A stretch of 64,000 nucleotides of DNA from Ginglymostoma cirratum (lineage: Eukaryota), in NCBI GenBank assembly GCA_024137785.1, contig JAHRHZ010000004.1:24349432-24413431 (forward strand), read 5' to 3'. Under the pieces are notes generated by a model. The model was given only the letters and a program-made list of their open reading frames with translations. It did not search any database and was not told the origin of the DNA. Position 1 is the stretch's first letter. Each line of letters opens with the position of its first letter. Of the stretch, positions 51,375 through 64,000 are shown in pieces. The position numbers and the translations under genes were made by a program.

Positions 51375-52090
51375 AGTCATTGAATCATACAACATAGAAA
51401 CAGACCTTTTGGTGAAACCAGTCCATGCAGAACATTATCCCAAACTAATCTAGTTCCAACTGCCTACTCCTGGCCCATGCCCCTCCAAACATTTATTACT
51501 TAAGCACATACTTAAGTGTCTTTTGGACACTGTAACTGTGTCCCCATCCATCACTTCCTCAGGAAGTTTATTCCACATGCGAACCACCATCTATGAAAAA
51601 GATTTGTCCCTACATGTCTGTTTTAAATCTCTCTCCTCTCACCTTAAAAATATGTCCCCAGTCTTGAAATCCCCAATCCTAGGGAAAAGATGCCATTAAT
51701 CCCAACTATACCCCTCATGATTCTGTAAGATCACACCTCAACCTGTGAACACAGTCCCAGCCTGCGGGTAAGTGGAGTTGAAATGCCCATCAGCCATGAT
51801 TAAATGGCAGAGTGGACTCAATGGGCCGAATGGCCTTACTTCCACTCCTATGTCTCATGGTCTTATGGTCTTAAACCTTTCATACCCAGCAACATCCTGG
51901 TGAATCCCTTCTGAACCCTCTCTAGTCTAATAATATCCTTCCCGTCTAATAATATCCTTCCTATAACTGGGCAATCAGAACGCAGTATTCCAGAAGAGGC
52001 TTCACCAATATCCTGTACAACCTCAATATAACTTCCCAACTCCTATACTCAAAGGGCAGAGTAATGAAGACAAGCATGCTAAACGCTTTT
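51375..52090 (-). mobile_element. CR1/HER1-type 3' end with an opposite-strand CR1 tail nested at ~51766-51872
   Basis: gagtcattgaatcatacaacatagaaacagacc tail; cttcccaactcctatactcaa. Confidence 0.85.
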
Positions 52091-52254
52091 TTAACTTTTT
52101 AATAAATACCATGGAGATGTGGGTTCTTATTGAGACTGACGTCTTGAAGTTTATTTACAACACTGACTACTTACACAGCTATTTTTCACAGATTTACACA
52201 TGCAGTCTGGATTCTGTGCTTGCTGATTTTACAGTGTATTATATACATAGAGCT

Positions 52255-53445
52255 TTCTTGACCTCTCCTTTTCCATTTCTGGTGACAGTTTATGGACCAA
52301 CATTTACTATAAACCCACAGACTCCCAAAGCCACCTAAACTACTCTTCCTCCCACACTCTATCCTGAAAAAACTCCATTCCATTTTCCCAATTCCTCCAT
52401 CTCCGTCACACCTGCTCTGATGAGGAGACATTCCACTCCCAAGCATCCTGGCTGTCTGCCTTTTTCAAGCAACACTTCTTTCTCCTCTCTGTTATCCAGA
52501 CAGCCGTCCACCATGCCTCCTCCATTCTCTGCTCCAAAGCTTTTTAACAACCACCACCCCTTCCAAACATAATAAAGATAGGGACCCCTTGTCCTCACTT
52601 TCCACTCCACCAGCCTCTGCATCCAACATATCATTCTCAAACACTTCCGTCAACTCCAATTAGACCCCACCACCTGGAATATCTTCCACTCCCACCCCTC
52701 TCTGCTTTCCACAAGGACCATTTCCTTCACTGCTCCTTAGTTTGCATTACGTTCCACCAACCACTCCACCTCACCTCTTTCCAGCCCTTCCAAGTGAGAC
52801 AGAGCTTCACCTGCACCTCCTCCAACCTAGTCTATTGCATTCGGTGCTCCCGATATGGTCTTCTCTACGTTGGTGAGACCAAACATAGACTAGGTGACCG
52901 TTTCGCCAAGCATCTCCGTCTGGCCCAACGTAACCTCCTGGTTGCCGCCCATTTCAATCCCTGCCCCACTCCCCCTCTACATGTCCGTCCTCAGCCTCCT
53001 CCAATGTTGCAGTGACTCGGAACGCAAGTTTGAAGAACAACACCTTACCTTCCACCTGGGCACCCTACAGCCCGGAGAACTCAACATCGAGTTCTCTAAT
53101 TTCAAATAACCTTCACGCCCATTCCCCTGCTTTCCCTTGCAGCCCACCTACTCCCTTCCACTCCACCTACTGACCCTCCCTTCCAGCTACCAACCGCATT
53201 CATCCTTCCCATTGACCAACCACGTTGTACCTACCACCAGTGTCCACCTATCACTATCGTTCTGCCTCCGCCCCTCCCCCCTCCTTTATCTGCAGCTCCC
53301 CCTACCCCCACGTCCAGTCCTAAAGAAAGGTATTACTCAATACTTTGTCTTCTCCTTTCCTCCAGATGTTGCCTGACCTGCCGTGTTCTTCCAGCCTCCT
53401 GTTTGTCTACCTTGGATTCCAGCATCTGCAGGTTTTTTGCCTTTA
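52255..53445 (+). mobile_element. Penelope-like element 3' part (RT end plus GIY-YIG)
   Basis: YYKPTDS; FTCTSSNLVYCIRCSRYGLLYVGETKHRLGDRFAKHLR; EQHLTFHLGTLQPGELNIEF. Confidence 0.92.
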
Positions 53446-55329
53446 ACATACACGGGGTGGACTGACTAAACAACTGCACTGATTCCATGATACAGAAGAG
53501 TTAGAGGGTAAAGCTGATGTCTTTATACCAGAATGTCATATATTGCGATGTCATGTAACTCTATTAAAGCTACAGGCTTGTCTGTTCTGGAATTTATGCC
53601 CTAATACAAGCTTGGTGGACTGAATGTCCTTTCCTGATATCATCCTTCGTATAACAGCCTTTCACTAGTAAAATGAGTATTTTACAATCAACATATTTAC
53701 AATCCATTACCAAGCGTAAATATGCATGAATTTCCAAGAACGTAAAAGTCAATCATTGCATTTAAAATAATGGGGTATAGTAAAGCATTTTCATCAAATC
53801 ACAGCTGCTTTAACATCCAGCACATATTTCAAAGGGATGGAACAAATTAGGAATATGATGTATTTTCAGCAGAACGCACAAATCCTGCCCTACGGTCTTG
53901 ACTAACTCTGTGCACATGGAAACACAATTAGAGAAAATAATTTCACAAACTTGAGACAAATAGCCAATGAAATGTAGATAGATGACTGAGACGAAAAACA
54001 AGCTGCATAAATAACACAACACAGACAAGAGAGCAGGGATTTCTTCAGAACAAAAGTTCTAAAACGTTATCGACCATCCTGGACAATAATGGGAGCCGGT
54101 GCCTTACTTGACAAAATAGCCCAAATTATAATCAAACAAAATGTTTATTAATGCTGATAGTTTTAATTAATTTGTTAGGGCCTCCAAGCACCAGACAATA
54201 AGAACATTTGAAAACTTGGTCCGACGACACTCAAAATCTGATCCCTAATATTTTAATATTGATGTTGTATATGCCTGAAATAGAAAATCCTTGTCAGTTT
54301 TTTAGAAATGATTTGCAGTGATGCAACCACTCTGCAACTTTGATATCACACCATTATTTCTCTGTCTGTATGTACTTCTCTCTTACTCCACAGCACTCTT
54401 TGGTGTATTTCATTTTCTGAGTATGCAACAGCTGGTCGTGTGTAGACTGGGTTTGGGAAAATCTATTGGCATATGAAGTTTATGTGACATTCTCAGTCAC
54501 TCAGTTTAGGGTTTGCTCAAGATGGTGTTCAGTTTTCCTGCACATCAGGCACTCAAAAAAATGAGCCGAGACTTCTAACTCATAGTAAGTATCTCTAACA
54601 CAGAGGACTGTCATATGCAGGTGGCCATTGAGTAAGACTGGTTCTGCTCTTTCACAGCAAACAGTTGGTCCTCAAGGATTGGATGAATAACCCTTTGACA
54701 TTAGGCTGGCTGTCAGTTGAAGTTCTACTGAAAAGTGAAAGTATAGATGTTTGAAGCACGGAAGGAAGGTGCTTGGCTTACTTTGTCCTTTAAAGAGCAA
54801 TTCCAAATCAGCCCTGATGCCTTATTCAATATATTTAGTCCTATAACTTCTCACACTCAAAATATTTATCTAAATGTAATATGAAAATGACATTCACATC
54901 TTCCTTCCTCATTGTCAAAACACAGACAGATTACACTATCTTCCATCTTCCACACTTTCCAGAAATCTAAAGACTGTGGAACCCTTTACCCTAGTCAGAC
55001 TTCCATTTCTGTCAAATGTTTGAACACTATAAGTCCGAGCATAGTCATTCTCTGTCTGCCGTGCCGACCAATTTCAATAGGCCTTTCAATTGTGGAGACC
55101 TGATGTGTCCTTAGTTGCAAAAGGGTGATGGTACTGTTGATCATAGTTGCCAACAGAGATCACAGGATGGGAACACTGCCTGATTCCTACACTCCCTTTT
55201 CCCTGGCTCTCATTGCTGAAGCCAAATTTGACACCCTATTGTTGTCCCAGGTTGCGGCCAATAATTCACCACAAATAAAACACCGAACCTATGAGCTGAC
55301 AAATTGTGTGGTCAATCAGGAGAGCTAAG

Positions 55330-56510
55330 GAGTCACAGAATTATTCCACCTTAGAAGGAGGCCATTTGACCAATCATGTCTTCACTGGCTCTCCAGTGAA
55401 CATTATGGCTCAGTGCCATTTGACTGCCTTTTCCCCAGACCCTTGCACATTATTTGAATAAAATGAATCATCCAATGTCTTTTTGAAACCTCCATCGTGT
55501 TTCCAGGCAGTGCATTCCAGGCTGAAGTCACTCATGGTGTGAGAGACAGTTTTCTCATAGCATATTTGCTTTGTTTGCAAATCACTTTAACTCTGTGCCC
55601 TCTCTTTCTCAATCCCTTTCTGAGCGGGAACAGTTTCTTCCTACGAACTCTATCCAGATCCCGCATGATTTTGAACACCTCCTCTTTGCCTTGTTCTTTC
55701 TAAGGAGCACAGTCTTGATCTCTCTAATCTACCCTCCTCATTGAAGTTTCTTAATCCTGGAAACATTTTTGTAAATCTCTTCTACCCTTTCTCCATTGTG
55801 TTCACATTTGGCCCATAGCTGATGCCCAGAAATGAACACAATACTCCAGGTGATGTCTAACAAATGTCTTTTATAAGTTTAGCATCACCTCCTTAACCTC
55901 TTTTTACTTTTTGCCCTTAGAGTACTGAATGCATTATTAACTCTGCCTGTCCCACTGCCTTCAGTGAGGTATACACACAGGTCTCTCCACTCTTGTTCCC
56001 CTCAAATATCGTATCCCCCAGTTTATATTGTCTTTTTCAACATTCTTCCTACTAAAATGCATTTCTTCACATTATTTCTCATTGAACTTCGTCTGCCACG
56101 TTTCTGCCCACCCTACCAACATGTCTATGTCCTTTTGGAATTCTACACTGTTCTCTTCACAGATTCCAATACTTCCATGTTTAGTGTCATCTCAAAACTT
56201 GAAATTGTCCCATGCACACCAAAATGTAGGTTATTGATTATACATCCACAATAACATGAGTTCCAATTCTGACTAACAGGGAGCTCCTGTACAATCCATC
56301 CTCCAGGCTGAATAATATCCATTCACCACTACCCTCGATTGCTATTCACATGACAAATTTTGTATCCACATTGGCACAGCCATTTTATCCCATGAGTCAT
56401 GACTTTCCTCAAGTCTATTGTGTGGCACTATATTGCATAGCTTTTGAAAGCTATATTATTACATCAACAGCATTACCCTCAGCATCCCTTTTTTAATACC
56501 TCTTCAAAAG
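55330..56510 (-). mobile_element. CR1-type LINE fragment
   Basis: Collinear with 24140-25070. Confidence 0.8.
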
Positions 56511-57319
56511 GGTTTTCTCAAGCTGGTCTGAGAAACATTTGGGAATTTACTTAACCTTGAAGGAGGGGTATTTAGATGAAGTAGTTTTAGCTGGCAAAGT
56601 GTTGGTGTTTGTACGAGTGTAAAGTTTTCCCCTTCATTTCTTATGCTAACACCAGTTCTGTTTGACAGGGCATCTTGAATTTAGTTTTATTCCAGTTCGT
56701 CCCATGAGAGAGGTGTAAGATTGGAAAAGCACAACTTCATGACTTTTAATCTTCATTTTAATAAACATTAATTGCCATTCTCAAACAAATATTGTGAAGA
56801 TTAATATCAATCCACCTTAATAGGTTAAAGGTAGATAATCACCATTTGTGCTAAGCAATCCAAAATCACTGAATTACTTGTTCCACTCAGTAGGATTGTA
56901 TGTCTGTTACCAGAGGAGATTCACATTGATTAAGGAATGCTTTCTACATTATGACTATGAATTGTATTACTATGCTGGCATGTTTACCGTGGAAATTAGA
57001 CTTAGCATTTGATTCCTGTGTGTTTTATATGTTAGATGCCATAGTTAATAATAACTAGCAGACTAATTTCCCCAGAGGATAAACATCCAGAGGACTGGAA
57101 ATACTTCATAAATAAAACTGCAATGACTTTTATTGTGGTACATTCAGTAAACCATTCAGGATGGTGAGATTTGCCATCCCTGATTGATTTAAGTGTTTGA
57201 AAATCTTGAAATGAGATTTATATCACCAGAACAACAAGGACTTCCAGTTCTCTCATAATTTTTACTTTTGATGATTATTTTTGTTTGCTTATCTAAGTGA
57301 GGGATTTCAGGATTTACAT

Positions 57320-58320
57320 AAGAATCTAATAAATCATGGCTGACTTAGTTCAGCTCCACCTTGCTGCCGTATTCCTCCGAGGTTTTAAGAAATTACAAAT
57401 ATTTCTTACTCTACTGCTTCTGTCATACCACTGCCTTCAAAGATCTATGTTCATGAACACCTCCCTTTCCCCCAAGTCCCTCTGTTCCTGTCCACCCTTG
57501 AGAACAGTGTTATTTTGGCTATATTGTCCCTGTCAACCCATTCTGCCAAAATCTGTCAGCTCACACTTCTCCATCCATCTGCCATCTTCTCAGCATTTAC
57601 TTTGCCGAGTCCCTCAAGAATTTAGCAGATCATCTCATTCTGCTAAATTCCAAGGAACGTAAGCCAACTCCATTCAATCTCCCAATAGGACAATCCTCAG
57701 GAGGCAGTCTCGTTAATCTTCACTGCACTCCCTTTAGGGACCATATGCCCTTCTTTAGGTGAGGAGACTAAAACTGCAGTGTGGCCTTCCTGATACACTG
57801 TACAATGTTTTAAAAAATTCACTCATGGGATGTGGACATCTCTGGCTAGTCAAAATATATTGCCCACCCCCAGTTTCCTTTGAGAAGGTGGTGATGAGCT
57901 ACAGTCCATGGGCTCTAGGTAACTCCACAATACATTTAGGGAGGGAGTTCCAGGATTTTGACCCAGCGAGATTTAAAGGAACAGCAATATATTTTCAAGT
58001 CAGGAGGGTGAGTGGCTTGGAGGAGAACTGTTTAATTCCCTTTGTTGCAGACACTGACATGCCACTCCATCTTAACTGCTTACTGTTCCCACATGCTCAA
58101 TTTCTGTGCATCATGTACAAGGCCACTCAAGTCTTCCTCAATGCAAACGTTTCTCAATCATTTAAAGGGAATGCTCAAATTTTGCTTTTCCTATCTTATA
58201 TCATCATGTTGAATTCCATCTGCCATGTCCTTACCTACTTGCCCACTCTGTCAATGTCATTCTGCAGCCTCTTTGTGTCTGTGTCAGTTTTTTTTTCCCC
58301 CACCAAACATTGTATCAGGA
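57320..58320 (-). mobile_element. Mosaic of decayed CR1 pieces with the tail of the tRNA-headed LINE family at ~57815-58030
   Basis: ttcactcatgggatgtggacatc..gagaaggtggtgatgagc..gggagttccaggattttgacccag. Confidence 0.65.
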
Positions 58321-58424
58321 TAATAGATTAAGGACGTTGGATGGTATAGTGGATTATAGTTACTGACTCATCTACTAGGCTAAGAATACTGAGTTATGCA
58401 ATGGACTAAATAAAGCTGGCTAAC

Positions 58425-59250
58425 TAGTCATAAAGTCAGACAGCACAGAAAAGGCCCTTTGGCCTATCAAGTCTGCACTGAAAATAACTACCTCTAAAGA
58501 TACGCTAATCCCAGTTTCCTGCATTTGTCCCATATCCTTGAATGCTATGATATTTAAAGTACTCATCCAAGTAGTCTCTTAAAGGTTGTAAGATTTCCAA
58601 CTTCCACTACCTTCCCAGGCAGTGCATTCCAGTTTCCCACCCCCTGCTGATTGAAACTATGTCCCCTTGTAATTGACCCCTCAACCAAAGGGAACAGCTG
58701 TTCCCTAAGTCCCAAACGCATATCCCTCATAATCATATACATCTCAATCATGTCACCCCTCCGCCTTCTCTGCTCTAATAAAAACAATCTAAGCCTAACT
58801 GGTGTCTCCTTGTAGCTCTATTTTTCTATCCCAGGCAACATCCTGGTCAACCTCCTCTGTCCCCTCTCCATTGCTATCGCATCCTTCCTATAATGAGGTG
58901 ATCAGAACTGCACACAGTATCCAGCTGTGACCAACTAACACTCTGTACAACTCCAACATTATCTCCTTGCTCTTATACTCCTTGCCATGACCGATGAAAG
59001 CAAATGTCCCATATGCCTTCTTAACTATCCTATTCACGTGCTCTTCCGATTTCAGGGCTCTGTGAATAATTATCCCAAGATCCCTTTGTTGCTCTATGCT
59101 ACCTAGTGTTCTGCCATTCACTGAGTACTCCCTCATCTTATTTCTTCTTCCAAAGTGCATCACCTTGCACTTATCTGCGTTAAATACTATCTGCCACCGT
59201 TTTGCCCAGCTGACTAACCCATCTATGTCTTCCTGTAACCTGCTAAAGTT
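58425..59250 (-). mobile_element. CR1-type LINE 3' part
   Basis: LQEDIDGLVSWAKRWQIVFNADKCKVMHFGRRN..QRDLGIII. Confidence 0.93.
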
Positions 59251-59991
59251 GTCACAATGAACTTGATGCATAACAAAAAGACTAAAATCTTAGGCTACCC
59301 CAATCTTTATGGGTCAGTGAGATTCCAATGAAGAAATTTTCTTTGTTTTCCCACATCTACTGGATCTGATTATTTATGTTGTGTGATTTCGTCAATTATT
59401 GCACCTTGGGGACAGTGGGTTCGTATTTCTGCATGCACGCTGAGCTAAGGATGCTGGGTGGGCCAACCTGAAAACATTGTCACCTCATTTAAATCATCAA
59501 TATAGATTGTAAATTGCTAGGTCCAATGACTGAGCTTTGTGAGAACCCACTAGTTACAACCTTCCAACCCAAAAAAGTCACATTTAATCCTCCGCTCTAT
59601 TTTCTGTTTTTTGGAGAGAAAATGTTTTCCATTCCGCTAATACCAAACACTCCCACACCAGGTGCGGTATTGACAGTCATAACCTTCTTTCTGGTCTAAC
59701 AATGCTGCTTTGTCCCAACCCCTGAATGACTCCTACTGCTGCTGCTTTATTCCCTATATTCACCTTAATGATTTCGTTGATTCACATTCAAAACTTGTTG
59801 CCTGATTGCAATTATCCATATACGGTGTGTTGGTCCCCATTTTGAACAGCATTGAAACTCTTGTAGTTGGCAAAATACATTCTCAGCATTAACTGCCCCA
59901 CTTAGCATCCTTAGTTCACTGTGCATACAAAAATAAATCTTAACCCGCTGTCCCCAGGAGCTCAGTGCCTTTAAATCATTACACCATTTAC

Positions 59992-60096
59992 ATAAGTTCT
60001 GAAGAAGTCATACTGGATTCGAAGCATTAACTCTTTCCCTCTCCATACATGCTGTCAGACTAGAGTCTAATTTCTCCAGCATTCGCTGTATTTGTT
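59992..60096 (+). mobile_element. Short Penelope-derived insert with degenerate hammerhead
   Basis: AGTT-CTGAAGA..GAAGCATT-AACT; 13-bp TSD ttacaccatttac (59979-59991) / ttacatcatttac (60097-60109). Confidence 0.8.
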
Positions 60097-60949
60097 TTAC
60101 ATCATTTACCCTATTGGGCCATTCAGTACTCCATCCATTAGATGAGCCAGTAACAATAATGCACTATGACCCAATACCTTCAATCTATTATCCCATCAAA
60201 CTATGTACTATTTAAAATCAACTAATCTGCTAATACCCCCCGCTTATTGTTCCACAACACTACCTATATACCCACAGCACCGCCGAGGATCCTTACCCCT
60301 GTGTTCTTAATAGTACATTTAACTCTCTCTCACTTCCTGTGCTTTTTTTATACTTTACTGTATTATTACTGACACGGGAATTTGTTAATGTAATTTACTG
60401 CTTAAAGTTTCATAGCAGTCTCAATCCCATCCCCAATCTCTATGCCAATCCAGTATATGAAAAATAGGTGTGTTGCCCCAAAGATTTGGACAAATGCAGT
60501 TTTGCTGCAATGCTATGGTAACAAACAACCCGAGCTTAGGTCATGAGAGAATAGCTGAAACTTTCAGTGCCAGAAATTGTCATAAGGTATGTTAATGATG
60601 TGCCAGCTGGAACACCTTTACTTTCAGTCACACATCTAATCAATTCAGCAACGTTATCTCTTCTGGCAGATGTGCAATAGCTGCTTTTCCCAATACAGTT
60701 TCTTACAGTGGAGTTTCAGCAAGCTTCTCTTTCTTAACATGGCTTACACCAAGGGTTGCTAAAATCTGAGAGCAACTCTAAACCACATCTTTTTCATCCA
60801 ATCTATTTTATTGATTCATAGTTACTACTATTTTGAAGTTACATGTCATCTTATCTCAAAGCTTCCCAAGACACCAAACTTCCCTTCTCTTCCTGAAGGT
60901 ACTAATACTTCGCTGGCATTCATTTCTCTAATGTGTACAGATCAGACTT

Positions 60950-61300
60950 CTTTTATTCATTCATAGGATGAGAGCATTGCTGGCTGGGCCAGCATTTATT
61001 GCCCATCCCTAATTGCCCAGAGGGCAGTTAAGTGTCAACCACATTGCTGTGGGCCTGGAGTCACATATAGGCCAGACCGGATAAGGATGGAGCTTCCTTC
61101 CATTAGTGAACCAAATGAGCTTTTTCCCTGACAATTGGCAATCGATTCATGGTCATCATTAATTCCAGATTAATCTTAATTCTGAATTTTTGTCGAATTC
61201 AAATTTCACCATGGCAGGATTTGAACCTGCATTCCCAGAACATTACACAGGACTCTGGATTAACAGTCCAGCAATAATACCATTAGGTCATCACCTCCCC
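60950..61300 (-). mobile_element. Full-length tRNA-headed SINE sharing head and tail with the LINE at 2595-5352
   Basis: 61020-61300 aligns to 5062-5343; 60950-61000 aligns to 2595-2643; core resembles the Meta/MESC SINE domain as recalled. Confidence 0.88.
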
Positions 61301-61779
61301 TCTATTGCCAAGGTTAATCTCCAGGCTGTGCTGGGTTGTCTGATCTCCCCCTGGGTAGCAATATGGTCCCAATGTTTGAGTCATGGATGGGGAAGAAAAA
61401 TCAGCCATGTTTTTTTTGTGAGGTTCTTGGCTGTTCATGGAACCTGAGAACTGCTGGACTTAATATTGTATGAGCACACAGTATAGCTCCTATGAGAAAC
61501 AATCACCCTGGCTCTTCTGCCTTGATCACTCCACTGGTTCTGTGTGACAGCTTTTAGTGAACAGTGTAGTTAAACATTGCATTCCAATACACTATGACAC
61601 AATGCTTTCCTTCTGTTTACACACCCCTCCTCCTTAGTAATAGCATGTTTCCATAATGCATCACCGTAGCGTAAACAATAAATTTAAGCACAACTCAGTC
61701 AATCAACTCATTATATCTTTAACTCTTGTACAAATCTACTAATGTTCTCAGTTATTTGCAATGCGATGAAAGATTTGTT

Positions 61780-63560
61780 CATCATCTTCGATCGTCGTAG
61801 TCACTTAAATATGATATTATGATAATCCACTGATGAATAGGACATCAAATAAACTCGAGTGGTGGCATTGGCTCATGTTCTTCAGTTGAGATGTCACATT
61901 GTCCATCTGAAATGTCAGTGTCAGATTCAACATTTATGACTTGGATTCTTCAGTGCTTTGAAAAATGACACATTCCATGTGATGATTTGTGATTCACTCA
62001 GCAGTGATCATTGATCCTTTTGTGTTTGTCATAACAAATGCTGACATGTCATAAGAACTTGTTTCGAATGACAGTCACATTTTACAAGTGCTTTATCTCC
62101 AGGCATTAATTGTGTTGCTCTGAAACCCTTGTTTCTGTGTGTACTTACCATCATTTGATCCTTCTATTCTCAATCATTTTTATGTATATATTGGTAGCTC
62201 AAAGATGTGTGTGCATTGAATGTGCAAAGATCAGTGTAGCTGGAGGCTTTTTAGTAGTCAAATGAAGTATCACTCTGTAACTGCAATGTGAACAGTACAG
62301 CTCTTATGTCCATGAGTTCCTGTCATCTGCGGGTTATCACATTTGCCAAGTATGCATAAATTTGTCGACCTCTCCATTAGCAGTCGGCCAATGGGATGTG
62401 ATTTTCTGATGAGTAAAATCCAGGTAGTTTGCAAATTTCCTGAACTCACTGCTGTTGAATAGTATTCTAGTGACACTTCTCACAGTCTTAAGACTCTGAA
62501 CAACAAACAAGGTCAAGTTTTGGGATGTCTGCTTGCATTGAAGTTAGAACTCACACAATACCAGGTTATTGTCCAACATGTTAATTCAAAATCACAAGCT
62601 TTTGGAGTGCTGCTCCTTCGTCAGGCGAAGTCACCTGGTGGTGTGTGACTTCTGACTTTGTCCAACCCAGTCCAAAACCGACACCTCCACATTATGAAGT
62701 AAGCATCACTTATTTCCATGACTGGGAATCTGCTGGAGTTGTCAGTGACAACACAAAGGTGTTCACCATTGTGCAAATCTGCAAAATCATCACTAACCTC
62801 AATCCATGGTCTTGGAGGTGGCTCTTGAGAGGATCATGAAGATTTAACATTGTGGTTGGTTCAGATGGCAAATACTGATTAACTTTGTATTCCACCATTC
62901 TGTTGATTCCTAGAAACTGTACCTTTTTGCTAAAGAGTTTTTTGGTTTTGATACTTCACTGGTAACGTTCCTGCGCTATATTGGTCTCAATGACTACGGA
63001 AATACAATGCAGTTGTTGTGCAATATGAGATTAAATATGGTCATAATTGTGAGCTCATTTTGAACGTTGTGAAGACCATGTGCGATGTGGATAGTTGCTT
63101 TGTTTGATGCTCTCTAAGTCATGGCTTTGCAGGTTTGTCACTCTCTAGCTATCGTACACAGTTGTACTGTCTCACTTGTTTTACGCTGCTGCTTTGATGT
63201 CAGCTCAACTTAGCAAATTTGGCACCACATTTAGACTTGCATTGGACTTGCATAGTTACGATGTTGTTTCATTATAATCATGCGCTGATCCCTTGCTGTG
63301 TGAAAACTCATAATCATGTCACATTCTCCAGAGACAATATAAATACCGCTTTTGTTCTAACCATTTTGAATGAGATTCATACTTCAAAAGTACGAAGAAT
63401 TTGCATTGGTTTGTCACTGTTGAAGAGAAAATGTTCACATTCTTTGCTTTGCACATTCCTGTCATTTCTTGTATGTTATGCCTCCCATGATATTGTCAGA
63501 TGCTCCTGTGTCAGTAAGGGTATCCATGTCTAAACAGCCAATGGCCACTGTCACACGTGA
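61780..63560 (-). mobile_element. Decayed, internally deleted Ty3/Gypsy region (protease to integrase)
   Basis: LTDTGASDNIM (~63510), NELTI..CIVFP, PWIEVSDDF..VVTDNSSRFP, FNSSEFRKFANYLDFTHQKITSHWPTANGEVDKF. Confidence 0.85.
62545..62694. mobile_element. Short insert, second Penelope-associated family, with mutated hammerhead on the minus strand
   Basis: Minus CTGACGA-A-GGAG-CAGCA-CTCC-AAAAGCTT; flanking tgaagt repeats; interrupts the Gypsy integrase. Confidence 0.7.
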
Positions 63561-63687
63561 CTGTTTGCTACATTTTTGAGAGAGCACAAAATATATTTGG
63601 GATCATCTGCTTCTACTCTGGTTACATTCGCATACCCTTTTACTGTGATGTGTATCCATGGCACCCTTCTGTATTGTAAATACCAAA

Positions 63688-63880
63688 CTTGTTCACTCAT
63701 GTCATTTAGTGACAGAAATCTACCAACCTTGCCTGGTCTGGCCTATATGGGACTCTAGACCCACAGCACTGTGGTTGAACCTCATCTACTCTCTGAAATG
63801 ACCTCTCAAGCCATTCAGTTCAAGGCCAGTTAGGGATGCTGACCTTGCCAATGACATCACATCTCATGAAAAAATAAAAC
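63688..63880 (+). mobile_element. SINE core and tail (family of 60950-61300)
   Basis: gttcactcatgtc..cctggtctggcctatatgggactctagacccacagc..caagccattcagttcaagg. Confidence 0.8.
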
Positions 63881-64000
63881 AAAAGTGTCCATTTGGTGTC
63901 ACCTAATAACCATGTTTCACCTCCCACCATTTTTTTCAATTCTAGTGGTATCCTGAAATGTTGATACCCTTCAGGCATTTGGGTTTTTCAAGCATTAACA

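Noticed and set aside
51925-51961. 19-bp tandem duplication
   Set aside because: Ordinary slippage within a CR1 fragment.
57759-58331. 190-aa ORF
   Set aside because: Chance read-through across antisense fragments of two LINE families.

Overview
Eukaryotic, repeat-dominated genomic DNA with no recognisable host protein-coding gene. The repeat complement (HE1-type tRNA SINEs, many CR1/HER1-type LINE fragments, Penelope/GIY-YIG fragments, Deu-domain SINE) points to a cartilaginous fish, probably a shark (inference from recalled family sequences). Most ORF-track entries are decayed retroelement pieces. Contents: CR1 and RTE LINE fragments, three Penelope fragments, many short Penelope-derived inserts with minimal hammerhead-ribozyme motifs and 10-14 bp target-site duplications (TSDs), two decayed Ty3/Gypsy internal regions, two solo-LTR-like elements, an 18-bp minisatellite born inside a LINE, two assembly gaps in a CA repeat, and several repeat-free enhancer-like islands. 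Top observations: (1) an ORF1-less LINE with a tRNA/Pol III SINE head, inserted as one unit into an RTE ORF, nearly free of Pol III terminators, and sharing both ends with a SINE family in the window; (2) a family of tiny hammerhead-bearing retro-inserts whose boundaries cluster at the ribozyme core; (3) a 443-bp inverted duplication inserted into a Penelope copy; (4) a 15-bp segment between inverted CCAAT boxes that is flipped between two LTR copies. All alignment was by eye; boundaries of decayed repeats are approximate.
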